DNA of 64,000 nt, from positions 55,306,001 to 55,370,000 of the forward strand of contig OZ076409.1 in NCBI GenBank assembly GCA_964187785.1, given 5' to 3'. The position numbers were made by a program, and so were the translations under genes. This DNA comes from Amphiscolops sp. MND2022 (taxonomy: Eukaryota). Below the pieces are notes generated by a model that saw only the letters and a program-made list of their open reading frames with translations, ran no database searches and had not been told where the DNA came from. Every line of letters starts with the position of its first letter. Positions within the stretch are counted from its first letter, which is position 1. This document shows, piece by piece, positions 60,301-64,000 of the stretch.

Positions 60301-63300
60301 AGTCTGTGAGCTTTTCAAAACGTTTCGAGGGTTAGAATCTAAAATCGTTCACCAACAAATGTAGTTGATATCCAGTTGGCTTTTGTGGGTAGTATTTGCC
60401 ATATTAGAAGAATGGAAATACTCAACAGCAAACAAACATGAAAGAGAGTAGACTTATGAAAATCACATGCAGTTTCTGTTTTTGACGTTTCTAACCATTT
60501 TTGTCGTTTTTCTGACATTTTTTCGAGATGTTGAAAAATTTCGTAGATCATAATTTCGAAACATTGAATTGACATTTGAATATTTCGTCTAGTAAAGTGT
60601 TTGAAAAAATAAATTCAAGTTTTACTAGGAACTATGCCTCAATTTCAACCCCAAAGTGTCAAAACCCATTTTTCCAGTTTCTGCAGCTGGTGTACAATTT
60701 TTGAAACTTTTTGTGGCTAAGAAAGTTCAAAATACCCAAAATGCAACATGCTATTTTGAAGAGAGATTCGCAGTATTTTGCTTCAAAAACACCAAAAATG
60801 ACCATGATGGGTCGGAAATGAAAAAAAAACCAAGTTCAACGATTCTTATGCAAAGTTCTTACTTTTTGAGAAGATTCCATTGTTGGAAAAATGGAAACGT
60901 TCAACAGCGATCAAATGCGTTATCTAGTAGGCTTTCTGAAGGTCAATTGCTGTTTAACGTTAGAAAAGAGCCTCAAAAAGACCCCAAAAGAATCGAAAAC
61001 AAATTGGCGTTGTTTTACAAATTAGCAAATTTTTAATGAGAATTACCAAAATTTCGTAGTATTCGAAAACTGTAGTTTTTTTAGATATGCAAGCAAAATG
61101 TGTAAAAAAAGTTTTCAATTTTCAATGTAAAAAATTAGTCAGAACGACTTGAAATAAGTGAAAGTCAATTTTTGATGTATTTGAAATGTTTGTATACTTT
61201 TTTGTAAGCCTTTCGATCAATTTTGTAATTCAAGAAAGACTGGACCCGGTATCCAATAAACGTTTTTGAAAAGACATTTGCAGTTTTTCAGAAAAGTTCC
61301 TCAAATGATCGCAAAGTTGTCGAAAAAGCAAACTTCTTCAAATTTTGACGTTTTTGGCGACTTTGCGCAAAATTGTAATCAATTTGATTTGTTAGGTCTT
61401 GGTATCCACACAAGCGGACGAAAAACAAATAGGTGTTCAGTTTGTTTTTGAATTGTTTCCTTTTGAAATGGGATGACATTCTTCAAAAAGTGTCAAAACG
61501 TTTTTTATCAAACTTCTTTGCGTTTTCATAGTGCAATGGCTACTCTTGAGCCTCAAAAATGTCATTGCTAGAACAGTTGGGTCGGAAACTATACTACTGG
61601 TCGGCGGCCGCCTTGTAACTTATTTTTATAAATAATCAATGATTCATTTTTTCAGAGCGAAAAGATCAAAGTAAGAAACTTCCTATATAAAATTACAAGT
61701 GCATTGGAACTTGAGAAGCTACCAAAAGTTGAAACTTACGCTTCTAAGTAGGCTTCATAAGGTACAATCTCGTTGCAAGCCCTGAATACTTGGTTGATGT
61801 AGTGTTTGCAGGTATTTTCGGCATCTGTACGATAATCTGGATGGCAGAAATTCTGTCCTGGTTCATCAGTGCGGCAAGTCTCGTCATCATCTTCGCTGTA
61901 ACTTCGGTACAAGTTTGCAAACTCGTACAGACCTCCGTCCTGAAAATATCCTCGTCAGAGCTTTTATCCTACTCTATATCTGAAATTAGCATCTTTTACA
62001 TCAATGTGCTTGAAGTATGTGGATGAAATGCAATTCATGTTTCAATGAAAAGAGAATACTATCGCAAAAACCTAATCCACAGAAATTGACTGATGCAATA
62101 TTTATGGTTGCAATGAAAGCACTCCATTATATTTGCTTCACAAAATGGTTTTTAATTTTATCCCTTTCTTAATGAAAATATCAGAGCAAGAAACATTTTG
62201 GAAATAATTTGTTCTTCCAATCCAAACCTATAATGTTTTGATGTTCAATATTTTTTTGTGTACTGGGTTTGAGCACAGATTAGAACAGAGACGACTGACT
62301 CAATTTCTTGGCATAATGGAGGTTTTCAACTTTCCATCAATTCCGAATTAAAGCCACATGGTTTCAAATATTTATTTTTTTCAACTTCTATGGCCTGCGG
62401 GGCCATTCCTGCAAGGCTTCGGGTAGAGTACTAACGGGTATATCATCAGCTGCAATTCCATCATAGTCACCGCAAAGACCACACACTTGCTGCACAAACT
62501 GATCAACGAAAGATTTTTTCACTTGAATTGTCGCTCTGTTCTTGCCTGGAGTTTGAAAGCATAGCATTATAATTTTTCGTTTATATTCCATATAAGAAAC
62601 CTAAGCCACGTTCTATTTTGAATTTCTGTTTGTCACTTTTTGTTGTCGCTTTTTGTCACTTTTTCTCAAGAAATATTTGAATATCTATCGAAAGGGAGAG
62701 GCAACAAAACAATTAGGTTCATATCAAATTTCATCAAATATTTCTGTCGGCATGAAATATGTTCTTGATAAAACATTCTGGGCGGGAAGTATCAGGTTTA
62801 TCAAATTGAACGGATGTCATTCTTTGCAGGATTTTATATGAAACTTACCATTCGTCCGGACTTTGCAAAGCCTTACAGCGAGTGCATTTTTGTCAACTTT
62901 AATCCAAGGGACAAATGATTAACCAAGGCTACGGCGCGTTTCAATGGTTTAAATAGCAAAAACGACCAATGGAATTTGGTCATTACGTAACGTAAATCTG
63001 TCATCAAAAACACTTGCAATTCAAGTAAAACAAAAATTGAGTAGTTCTAGAGCTAAAAAATTCCTGACTTTACCTTCATGCTATTCAAACCATCATACAT
63101 ATGTCATTTAGACGTTAGTTCTCATTAAACAGCAAATTATAAAGTTATAAACACATGCAAGCATTGTAAAAAACAAAACTAACCGTCCCATCTGACAACG
63201 ACTTGACGATCGAACATTCTGACACTCAGGAAGCTCACTTCCATCACAATTTGAAATTCACTCATCTGGAACAAGGAAACAAAACTTTTTCAAAAAAGTT

Positions 63301-63798
63301 GACCTGGTTAGTCGACTGGGAGCCATCGCTCTGATTAAGGCGTTGGTATGAAAAAATGAATTCCTTGTGAATTTGTCCGTGAATGGTTTGTTCGGGAGTG
63401 TTGATTGAAAATTAATTCTCAACCTTTGATGACAGGGCAGAATTGTTTGGTATCTATCAAAAAAACTTCCTGAAACTGTTCAGTCCTTGCTTGATTTCAT
63501 ATCTCGAAAAGAAGTGAACTCTGCCAGATCAGTGATTCCGATGTCAGTTGAGATTAGAATGTTACACAGAAAGCCCAGTGGCACTGCAATTTCTCTTGCT
63601 AAAACTCGAGATACTGGAACAAGTCATGAATCTTTGCGGACACATTTGCCAGTTCGTGAATACAAATTAGTGTGTCTAATTAAGATATAATTCAGTTGAT
63701 GTAAGGGGAGGACTTACAATAGCAGGCACAGATCTTCTTTGGCCATTGACAATCACGATGTCAGAATCATCATCAGTGTCTGCTCTCAGAACAATTTC
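161..63798 (-). CDS. Partial multi-exon gene (31 exons in window, open at both ends): large extracellular VWD-C8-TIL-TILa + ~29 (cb)EGF protein (zonadhesin/tectorin-like N-terminal part, fibrillin-like EGF array)
   Basis: Manually spliced exons with AG acceptors and GT (one GC) donors join in one frame (sum 4,796 nt, phase 0 in, phase 2 out). Motifs: VWD VCGLCGDYDG; C8 CIIDVC...YIAKC; 10-Cys TIL; repeated D-I-D/N-E-C...C-x-N-x-x-G-S-Y-x-C-x-C cbEGF consensus. Confidence 0.9.
1814..2707 (+). CDS. LINE ORF1 protein (coiled coil + RRM-like)
   Basis: 297 aa; heptad-rich N-terminus, then DIAACHYLP...KPIIVKF...IYVNERL, typical of LINE ORF1; lies directly upstream of ORF2. Confidence 0.8.
   Translation: MTTQTLQKLNLLDLTDGNSVRSLFQELIQLIDNQKDEITKLRTDYDELKNEKDELGKRITKMERYSSYMCLTFHGIRDGGEYPVHKIVEIIRSVHIPIEPCDIAACHYLPGDGRNKPIIVKFLYNHQRDKVWKQRNSFFDPQTKSIIYVNERLAENDHDVYNYCRKEKHFITATHKNQVRVKVSEHDKTWYPVDSRIQADAIGNKMVSSSELTEWSMEKYPTNEVNMDEKKTPAKRNRHVAFNSPSNEKQPDQSDKLDKLFNLTEKLFTLLVEKQSPPSKKAANQDERNKESNGSSD
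2732..5576 (+). pseudogene. LINE ORF2 (APE endonuclease + reverse transcriptase) with one in-frame stop and one frameshift
   Basis: LTETWL, GGVG, YRP, GDFNID, CIDHF, SDH endonuclease motifs; YRPISLL, QFGFR, DLSKAFD, PQGSVLGP, FADDT, KYLG RT motifs; TAA at 3788-3790 between same-frame ORFs; frame change in the A8 run at 5398-5405, reading on to TAA 5574-5576. Confidence 0.9.
6180..6314 (-). CDS. Exon, cbEGF (INECDESSDCTGDQLCVDLIDSYRCVC...IDCI)
   Basis: tttcag / gtgagt, 135 nt, phase 1-1. Confidence 0.92.
7581..7768 (-). CDS. Exon, second half of cbEGF + cbEGF
   Basis: ctacag / gttagt, 188 nt, phase 2-1; CECDEGY...CVNVDECTENIDNC...NRCM. Confidence 0.9.
8155..8362 (-). CDS. Exon, cbEGF + first half of the next cbEGF
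   Basis: gaacag / gtgaac, 208 nt, phase 1-2; EIDECTLGLHNC...CVDINECEVFRAEPYC...CINTQGGYR. Confidence 0.9.
8880..8999 (-). CDS. Exon, cbEGF (DIDECGLDVNNCQHYCTNTEGGYLCSC...GRCE)
   Basis: tgtcag / gtaagc, 120 nt, phase 1-1. Confidence 0.93.
9495..10390 (-). repeat. 3' LTR of BEL/Pao element 1 (896 bp)
   Basis: Direct repeat of 17114-18008; I count 4 differences. Confidence 0.95.
10339..16721 (-). CDS. BEL/Pao Gag-Pol polyprotein of element 1, split by one frameshift near 15546-15551
   Basis: ORFs 15414-16721 and 10339-15474 overlap; LPKLKLAEFSGDPLEW gag motif, Cys/His knuckles, ALCDSGAS protease, YMDD RT, FSDAS RNase H, HHCC and DYFGP/SDNGTNF/GIWER integrase. Confidence 0.92.
17114..18008 (-). 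repeat. 5' LTR of BEL/Pao element 1 (895 bp)
   Basis: Direct repeat of 9495-10390; followed by the PBS on the minus strand. Confidence 0.95.
18027..18149 (-). CDS. Exon, cbEGF with seven Cys (DFNECTELYDLCPSTADCFNTQGGYKCRCSAGFMADCNTCI)
   Basis: ttgcag / gtaagc, 123 nt, phase 1-1. Confidence 0.92.
18663..18917 (-). CDS. Exon, two cbEGF modules
   Basis: ttgcag / gtaaag, 255 nt, phase 1-1; DIDECKRGNDC...CKDRDECNDGTNEC...GDCK. Confidence 0.92.
19780..19911 (-). CDS. Exon, cbEGF (DENECTDDTDKCKENQLCINYIGTKYGCEC...DDCQ)
   Basis: tttcag / gtaaat, 132 nt, phase 1-1. Confidence 0.92.
20719..20997 (-). CDS. Exon, two cbEGF modules (second has an extra Cys pair)
   Basis: ttacag / gtcagt, 279 nt, phase 1-1; DDKECEDTANPKC...DVNECACEGEACEKELC...TSCI. 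Confidence 0.92.
21224..22134. mobile_element. Probable MITE rich in TCTTGCAAGA palindromes
   Basis: Degenerate TIR ccctagttcaaaagaaatgc / gcatttaccttcacccaggg; many tcttgcaaga copies in both arms. Confidence 0.5.
24236..24496 (-). CDS. Exon, two cbEGF modules
   Basis: ttccag / gtactt, 261 nt, phase 1-1; DKRECTDP...CVDENECEIQHIC...ENCI. Confidence 0.92.
   Translation of the reverse strand, partial: TNVNVLILRRHMNVDMDRTARTLSAAMTVPAKMASLRPGRRVWMKMSVRYSTSATKSQRRVRIQRDPTSATAKMDSYKILMMLKTV
25158..25286 (-). CDS. Exon, cbEGF (DDDECDEETGENDCSEHADCINQAPGYTCEC...FYCA)
   Basis: ttgaag / gttagc, 129 nt, phase 1-1. Confidence 0.9.
27390..28020 (+). repeat. Dispersed repeat, copy A (related to 60630-61290)
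   Basis: Shared blocks such as caacagcgatcaaatgcgttatc...gaaggtcaattgc and gtcagaacgactt. Confidence 0.75.
28925..29038 (-). CDS. Exon, 4-Cys EGF-like module (GDDQGCDQELADLVPIDQNTFQCECKDGYIMDETGRCY)
   Basis: aaacag / gttaga, 114 nt, phase 1-1. Confidence 0.85.
29600..29707 (-). CDS. Exon, divergent non-calcium-binding EGF-like module (PKECEANLCDKKPYACDFVAGKEALECKCAKPDGCS)
   Basis: ctttag / gttaga, 108 nt, phase 1-1; six Cys. Confidence 0.8.
29952..30089 (-). CDS. Exon, cbEGF (DINECETGDYTCEPNSHCTNRPGTYICNC...LICI)
   Basis: tttcag / gtaagt, 138 nt, phase 1-1. Confidence 0.92.
30685..30816 (-). CDS. Exon, cbEGF (DINECVERSDSCDRINGDCINIPGSYQCVC...LTCK)
   Basis: tcacag / gttcgt, 132 nt, phase 1-1. 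Confidence 0.92.
31625..31780 (-). CDS. Exon, cbEGF (DLNECERDLDECEEATSTCANRWGGYECEC...DFCE)
   Basis: tctcag / gtgagt, 156 nt, phase 1-1. Confidence 0.92.
33042..33972. mobile_element. Foldback-type MITE with 15-bp tandem repeat arms
   Basis: (AGAAATTTCGTCGTC)n at about 33055-33166 and inverted (GACGACGAAATTTCT)n at about 33826-33965; boundaries approximate. Confidence 0.7.
34268..35125 (+). mobile_element. Internally deleted hAT transposon (858 bp)
   Basis: TIRs CAGGGTTGG / CCACCCCTG; 8-bp TSD agttttac / agttctac; BED-like start MGRTRDTIWTKF at 34409 joined to a transposase C-terminus. Confidence 0.88.
34538..35038 (+). pseudogene. hAT transposase C-terminal fragment (dimerisation domain)
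   Basis: AAYLLD, SWWK, PNSAGLERCFS, LRTQM motifs of the hAT C-terminal domain. Confidence 0.85.
36301..36822. mobile_element. MULE/foldback-type MITE with tandem 14-bp subterminal repeats
   Basis: (AACAACTCGTCGAA)n on the left and inverted on the right; G...C termini; 9-bp TSD ACTTTATAC (36292-36300, 36823-36831). Confidence 0.8.
37627..37818 (-). CDS. Exon, cbEGF with a long C2-C3 insertion
   Basis: ttttag / gtgaga, 192 nt, phase 1-1; IDECADPYTC-(26 aa)-CTDNPGSYVCTC...ERCE. Confidence 0.88.
38041..38892. mobile_element. MITE with CCCAGGTTGACCAA TIRs
   Basis: cccaggttgaccaa at 38041 and ttggtcaaccttgg ending 38892; palindromic catactatgatcatagtatg repeats near both ends; TG on both flanks (possibly a mutated TA TSD). 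Confidence 0.7.
39596..39712 (-). CDS. Exon, cbEGF (DVNECNDGLDNCNENADCENTLGSFTCQCHPGYDGRPCE)
   Basis: attcag / gtaagt, 117 nt, phase 1-1. Confidence 0.92.
40359..40481 (-). CDS. Exon, cbEGF (ENECEQSPYPCDQNAGCSDNEGSYECEC...KTCE)
   Basis: gttcag / gtgatt, 123 nt, phase 1-1. Confidence 0.92.
40872..40997 (-). CDS. Exon, cbEGF (IDECASDRSNDCSPKADCDDTEGSYTCSC...FTCI)
   Basis: tatcag / gttagt, 126 nt, phase 1-1. Confidence 0.92.
41218..41348 (-). CDS. Exon, cbEGF (CKDIDECEEEEDDCDENAECHNTVGSYSCSCDTGYSGDGRNCT)
   Basis: gcttag / gtaaaa, 131 nt, phase 2-1. Confidence 0.9.
41397..41825. repeat. 429-bp near-perfect palindrome (214-bp arms, 1-nt loop at 41611)
   Basis: ...gtgaactattgga-c-tccaatagttcac... 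centre; I count 5 mismatches between the arms. Confidence 0.95.
42276..42408 (-). CDS. Exon, cbEGF whose last Cys is in the next exon (DIDECEEGSILNTCERNSNCLNREGSFTCQC...)
   Basis: tttcag / gttagt, 133 nt, phase 1-2. Confidence 0.88.
43631..44029 (-). mobile_element. Probable LTR (about 400 bp) of a truncated third LTR retrotransposon
   Basis: TGT...ACA ends; TATAAAAA box on the minus strand (about 43790-43798); TGG immediately after the LTR on the minus strand, then GC-richer leader-like sequence; no second LTR or TSD found. Confidence 0.5.
44088..44277 (-). CDS. Exon, cbEGF end + cbEGF (DGTEPG...CVDIDECDRETDDC...NGKCE)
   Basis: ctttag / gtaata, 190 nt, phase 0-1. Confidence 0.9.
45968..46751. 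repeat. Copy 1 of a ~785-bp direct repeat (decayed minus-strand coding remnant)
   Basis: Collinear with 48839-49622, roughly 90% similar by eye. Confidence 0.9.
47898..48045. repeat. 51-bp tandem repeat, about 3 copies
   Basis: actaa(t/c)a(t/c)tcg(t/c)tcgcttcatctca...ttcggcgtacgaa(a/t)gcataa repeated. Confidence 0.9.
48365..48790. repeat. Foldback-like remnant with GACAATTCGTCCCA motifs in inverted orientation
   Basis: About 4 motif copies at 48367-48476 and about 3 inverted copies at 48691-48788. Confidence 0.6.
48839..49622. repeat. Copy 2 of the ~785-bp direct repeat
   Basis: Collinear with 45968-46751; both end in gacggaagaattctaattaag. Confidence 0.9.
49865..49950 (-). CDS. Exon, cbEGF N-terminal part (DIDECDDETTCPEHATCTNYIGSYECTCK)
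   Basis: ttgcag / gtacgt, 86 nt, phase 1-0. Confidence 0.9.
50625..50832 (-). CDS. Exon, TILa/VWC-like plus EGF-like segment (ADDEFVHDDCTERCTC...LTYICE)
   Basis: ttccag acceptor, non-canonical gctagt donor, 208 nt, phase 0-1; D-C-T-E-R-C-T-C TILa motif. Confidence 0.82.
51088..51236 (-). repeat. 3' LTR of BEL/Pao element 2 (149 bp)
   Basis: Identical to 56945-57093; carries AATAAA on the minus strand. Confidence 0.93.
51545..56683 (-). CDS. Intact BEL/Pao Gag-Pol polyprotein (1712 aa) of element 2
   Basis: LPKLNLPTFSG gag, three Cys/His knuckles, ALLDSGSQ protease, YVDD RT, FSDASEKAYG RNase H, HHCC and DFTGP/SDNATNF/GLWE integrase; no stops. Confidence 0.96.
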   Translation of the reverse strand: MGDVNTRSRSAYRGLCTRYFNEARNIMDSASITTAQSNRLSQIIALMEKRLSEIQALDSQIHASLQIDEIEAAITSSADLNDQIFINIDTIKRFLHNFNQTAESTGVSTSASSHTMNSNANRNNTRLPKLNLPTFSGNYKNWTSFFDLFTSSVDSNSTLTNSQKLQYLKASLTADAAKLLSSFTVTDNNYETALDVLKKRYNNPRMIARAHVQSIFDLPKMRNDNGNDLRKLIEGIEQHRLSLQTLGLPVEHYDLFLIFLVTERLDLETRRQWEIASPGTSLQTYEALKTFIETRCNALEASTPSPKQFYSEHKNQSQQNSQQHNQSYAGTQSIETCLCCGQEHRLYTCPKYNGLTIDEKTDFIKEKRLCFNCLRYGHRLQDCSSASKCKECNRSHHTTLHRQKKDFKANSATVEAQETDETIVTSHSATSSKQVILPTAVVQVQGKHGIVSLRALLDSGSQTSFITDDASQKLQLPKQRNSITVSALGGKTSTCSGTIDIQIHNSSVNPLRVTAFVLPKLTQNIPMQNIDISLFDNHCNFVYADPQFQTPGRIDLILGADVFEEVFLERKVELSKGLALRETIFGWVVIGQTQCKSSYQVQAFHCLDTSLQKFWELENAPQVSKHTDEELACEQHFLDTTTRDKGGRFFVKLPFKENESNLGDSLQNAKRRFLSLEKRLSKLPEIKQQYTDFINEFLALGHMEVVPENEIDIKPSKSFYLPHHFVTKADSTTTKLRVVFDASAKTTLNNSLNSNLMIGPKLQSDLFDILLRLRFHKFVLSADIAKMYRQVALHKPDRDFHRVLWREKDTDPIQHLRMTRVTYGVTSSSFHSIRSLLELAKTAPEKVRRIIENDMYVDDLLTGCSNIEEAKDLQDQLIETLQTGGFPLRKWTSNSPELIKRLPETLRETKDDITFQDEEYKIKALGIVWRPNPDSFVFTVKLADKPPITKRGVLSEITSLFDPLGCFSPVLVKFKCFIQDLWKLKLGWDQSLPPLILQEWLFLRQSLSAIKNFSIARCLLPERQTSVQHVELHMFSDASEKAYGAAIYAVCRCDDTKSCHLIASKTRVAPVKSLSLPRLELCAAVLGVNLLETVHRVLVILFNDRLSLNGWTDSTIVLSWLSKPASSWQTFIRNRISKIQSFLPFEKWNHVVGEENPADICSRGVPADKIADMSLWWHGPSWLSEKSSWPHSPITPAGIFSNQTDEAIISTCQTSHLQSNFAFLDFDRFTSFRKMVRVFCYILRFLNLIKTKQRGHYIPNVPDIHSASIKLLQLIQSNDLKDEIALLQSQDILPNSNSYKNLAPFLDPATKLVRVGGRLTQGDFSELKKHPVLISKDSIIAKMLIADAHFDTLHGGVDLVLNTIRQKYWIVAAKPLIKSYIKNCVTCSRFTCTEPFRLMGDLPVERISAFRAFNDIGMDFTGPFLVRFSPTVKDPVKVYVCLFVCMSTKACHLEVVTSLHEEACLAAIARFCARRGRPAKIFSDNATNFLASRTDLDNTFEIDAFNRHMKQNLSAKAIEWLVIPVHAPHFGGLWETSIKSMKHHLRKVMKKHILLIEHFTTLITQIECMLNSRPLTALSTDPNDLSALTPGHFLIGSPINLIPDLNSKKTIRLGNLRDFQQMQTIRNQFWKEWHRNYITSLQVRKKWLNDSNSFNIGDLVLVAEDNCRVLDWPLARITKLFKGNDTRTRVVEVETAKWVSNRPIVKLRKLPL
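56945..57093 (-). repeat. 5' LTR of BEL/Pao element 2 (149 bp)
   Basis: Identical to 51088-51236. Confidence 0.93.
57094..57158. repeat. 17-bp tandem repeat (GTCTCTGAATCTAGACA)x~4, target site of BEL/Pao element 2
   Basis: Directly visible; the unit continues on the left flank (aattcagacagtctc, 51073-51087). Confidence 0.9.
57229..57497. mobile_element. Small MITE with ~40-bp TIRs
   Basis: ggtttttatttacgagtcaaaaattagtctcacgtatata vs tatatacgtgagactaaattttgactcgtgaataaaacc. Confidence 0.7.
57639..57996. mobile_element. Small MITE with AGGAGTCGG termini
   Basis: aggagtcggcttag at 57639 and taagtccgactcct ending 57996; internal tcccagtcatac repeat. Confidence 0.55.
58122..58609 (-). mobile_element. 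Non-autonomous hAT-like element (488 bp) with a transposase C-terminal remnant
   Basis: Perfect 20-bp TIR CAGGAAACGAAAATTTAGGC; perfect 8-bp TSD ATTATGAG (58114-58121, 58610-58617); minus-strand remnant PCTSVEVERFFS. Confidence 0.9.
58780..58982 (-). CDS. Exon, TIL domain and start of TILa (CDAPLVRTECGSQMCPDSC...CECPPG...CVEQSNCGCRYSGNVYK)
   Basis: cgacag / gtatct, 203 nt, phase 1-0; TIL cysteine spacing. Confidence 0.9.
59753..59868 (-). CDS. Exon, C8 domain (CIIDVCKLQDVCTTVKAYIAKCRE...PDWESLIE)
   Basis: ttttag / gttagt, 116 nt, phase 2-1; C-x-x-D-x-C and Y-x-x-x-C...W pattern. Confidence 0.87.
60630..61290 (+). repeat. Dispersed repeat, copy B (related to 27390-28020)
   Basis: Same collinear blocks, diverged. 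Confidence 0.75.
61740..61939 (-). CDS. Exon, VWD-C8 linker and C8 start (DGGLYEFANLYR...FRACNEIVPYEAYLEA)
   Basis: tttcag / gtaagt, 200 nt, phase 0-2. Confidence 0.85.
62436..62545 (-). CDS. Exon, VWD C-terminus (KNRATIQV...VCGLCGDYDGIAADDIP)
   Basis: ctccag / gttagt, 110 nt, phase 1-0; canonical CGLCG motif. Confidence 0.9.
63184..63265 (-). CDS. Exon, VWD domain part (MSEFQIVMEVSFLSVRMFDRQVVVRWDG)
   Basis: ttccag / gttagt, 82 nt, phase 0-1; V-x-W-D-G VWD motif. Confidence 0.85.
63718..63798 (-). CDS. Exon, VWD domain part (EIVLRADTDDDSDIVIVNGQRRSVPAI)
   Basis: tttcag acceptor, gtaagt donor, 81 nt, phase 0-0; V-x-V-N-G...P motif typical of VWD. Confidence 0.85.
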
Positions 63799-64000
63799 CT
63801 GAAAATAAAAAATATTACTGAATTTTTGCACTTCACGTTTTTGTGTTAGTGAAACAACAAAGTCGAAAAACTGGGCTGAAACTGAAAACTTTCATTACAA
63901 CCGTATACTGATTTGTAATACACTTTTGTGTTGGAATGTCTTGAGTTGGAATGCTTTTCACACATTCTCTTGATGATGGAGTTACATTTTTGCAGTGAAA

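Noticed and set aside
161..63798. Naming the host gene fibrillin, zonadhesin or Notch
   Set aside because: No TB/hybrid domains, MAM domains or LNR/ankyrin repeats are visible; orthology cannot be assigned from this window.

Overview
Eukaryotic (AT-rich invertebrate animal) genomic DNA. The whole window lies inside one large minus-strand gene that extends beyond both edges. I traced 31 phase-consistent coding exons (4,796 nt, about 1,598 aa). They encode the end of a VWD domain, then C8, TIL and TILa-like modules, then about 29 mostly calcium-binding EGF modules, i.e. a zonadhesin/tectorin/FCGBP-type D assembly joined to a fibrillin-like rod. One intron appears to use a GC donor, and GTTAG donors are unusually frequent. 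The introns are full of mobile DNA: a full-length CR1/L2-type LINE nested in a TA-flanked MITE; two young full-length BEL/Pao LTR retrotransposons, one with identical 149-bp LTRs ending TG...TA and an intact ORF; two internally deleted hAT elements with 8-bp TSDs; MULE/foldback-type MITEs; a probable truncated third LTR element; a 429-bp near-perfect palindrome next to a splice acceptor; and several duplicated or dispersed repeats. No rRNA, true tRNA or CRISPR array was seen. All calls were made by eye without database searches.
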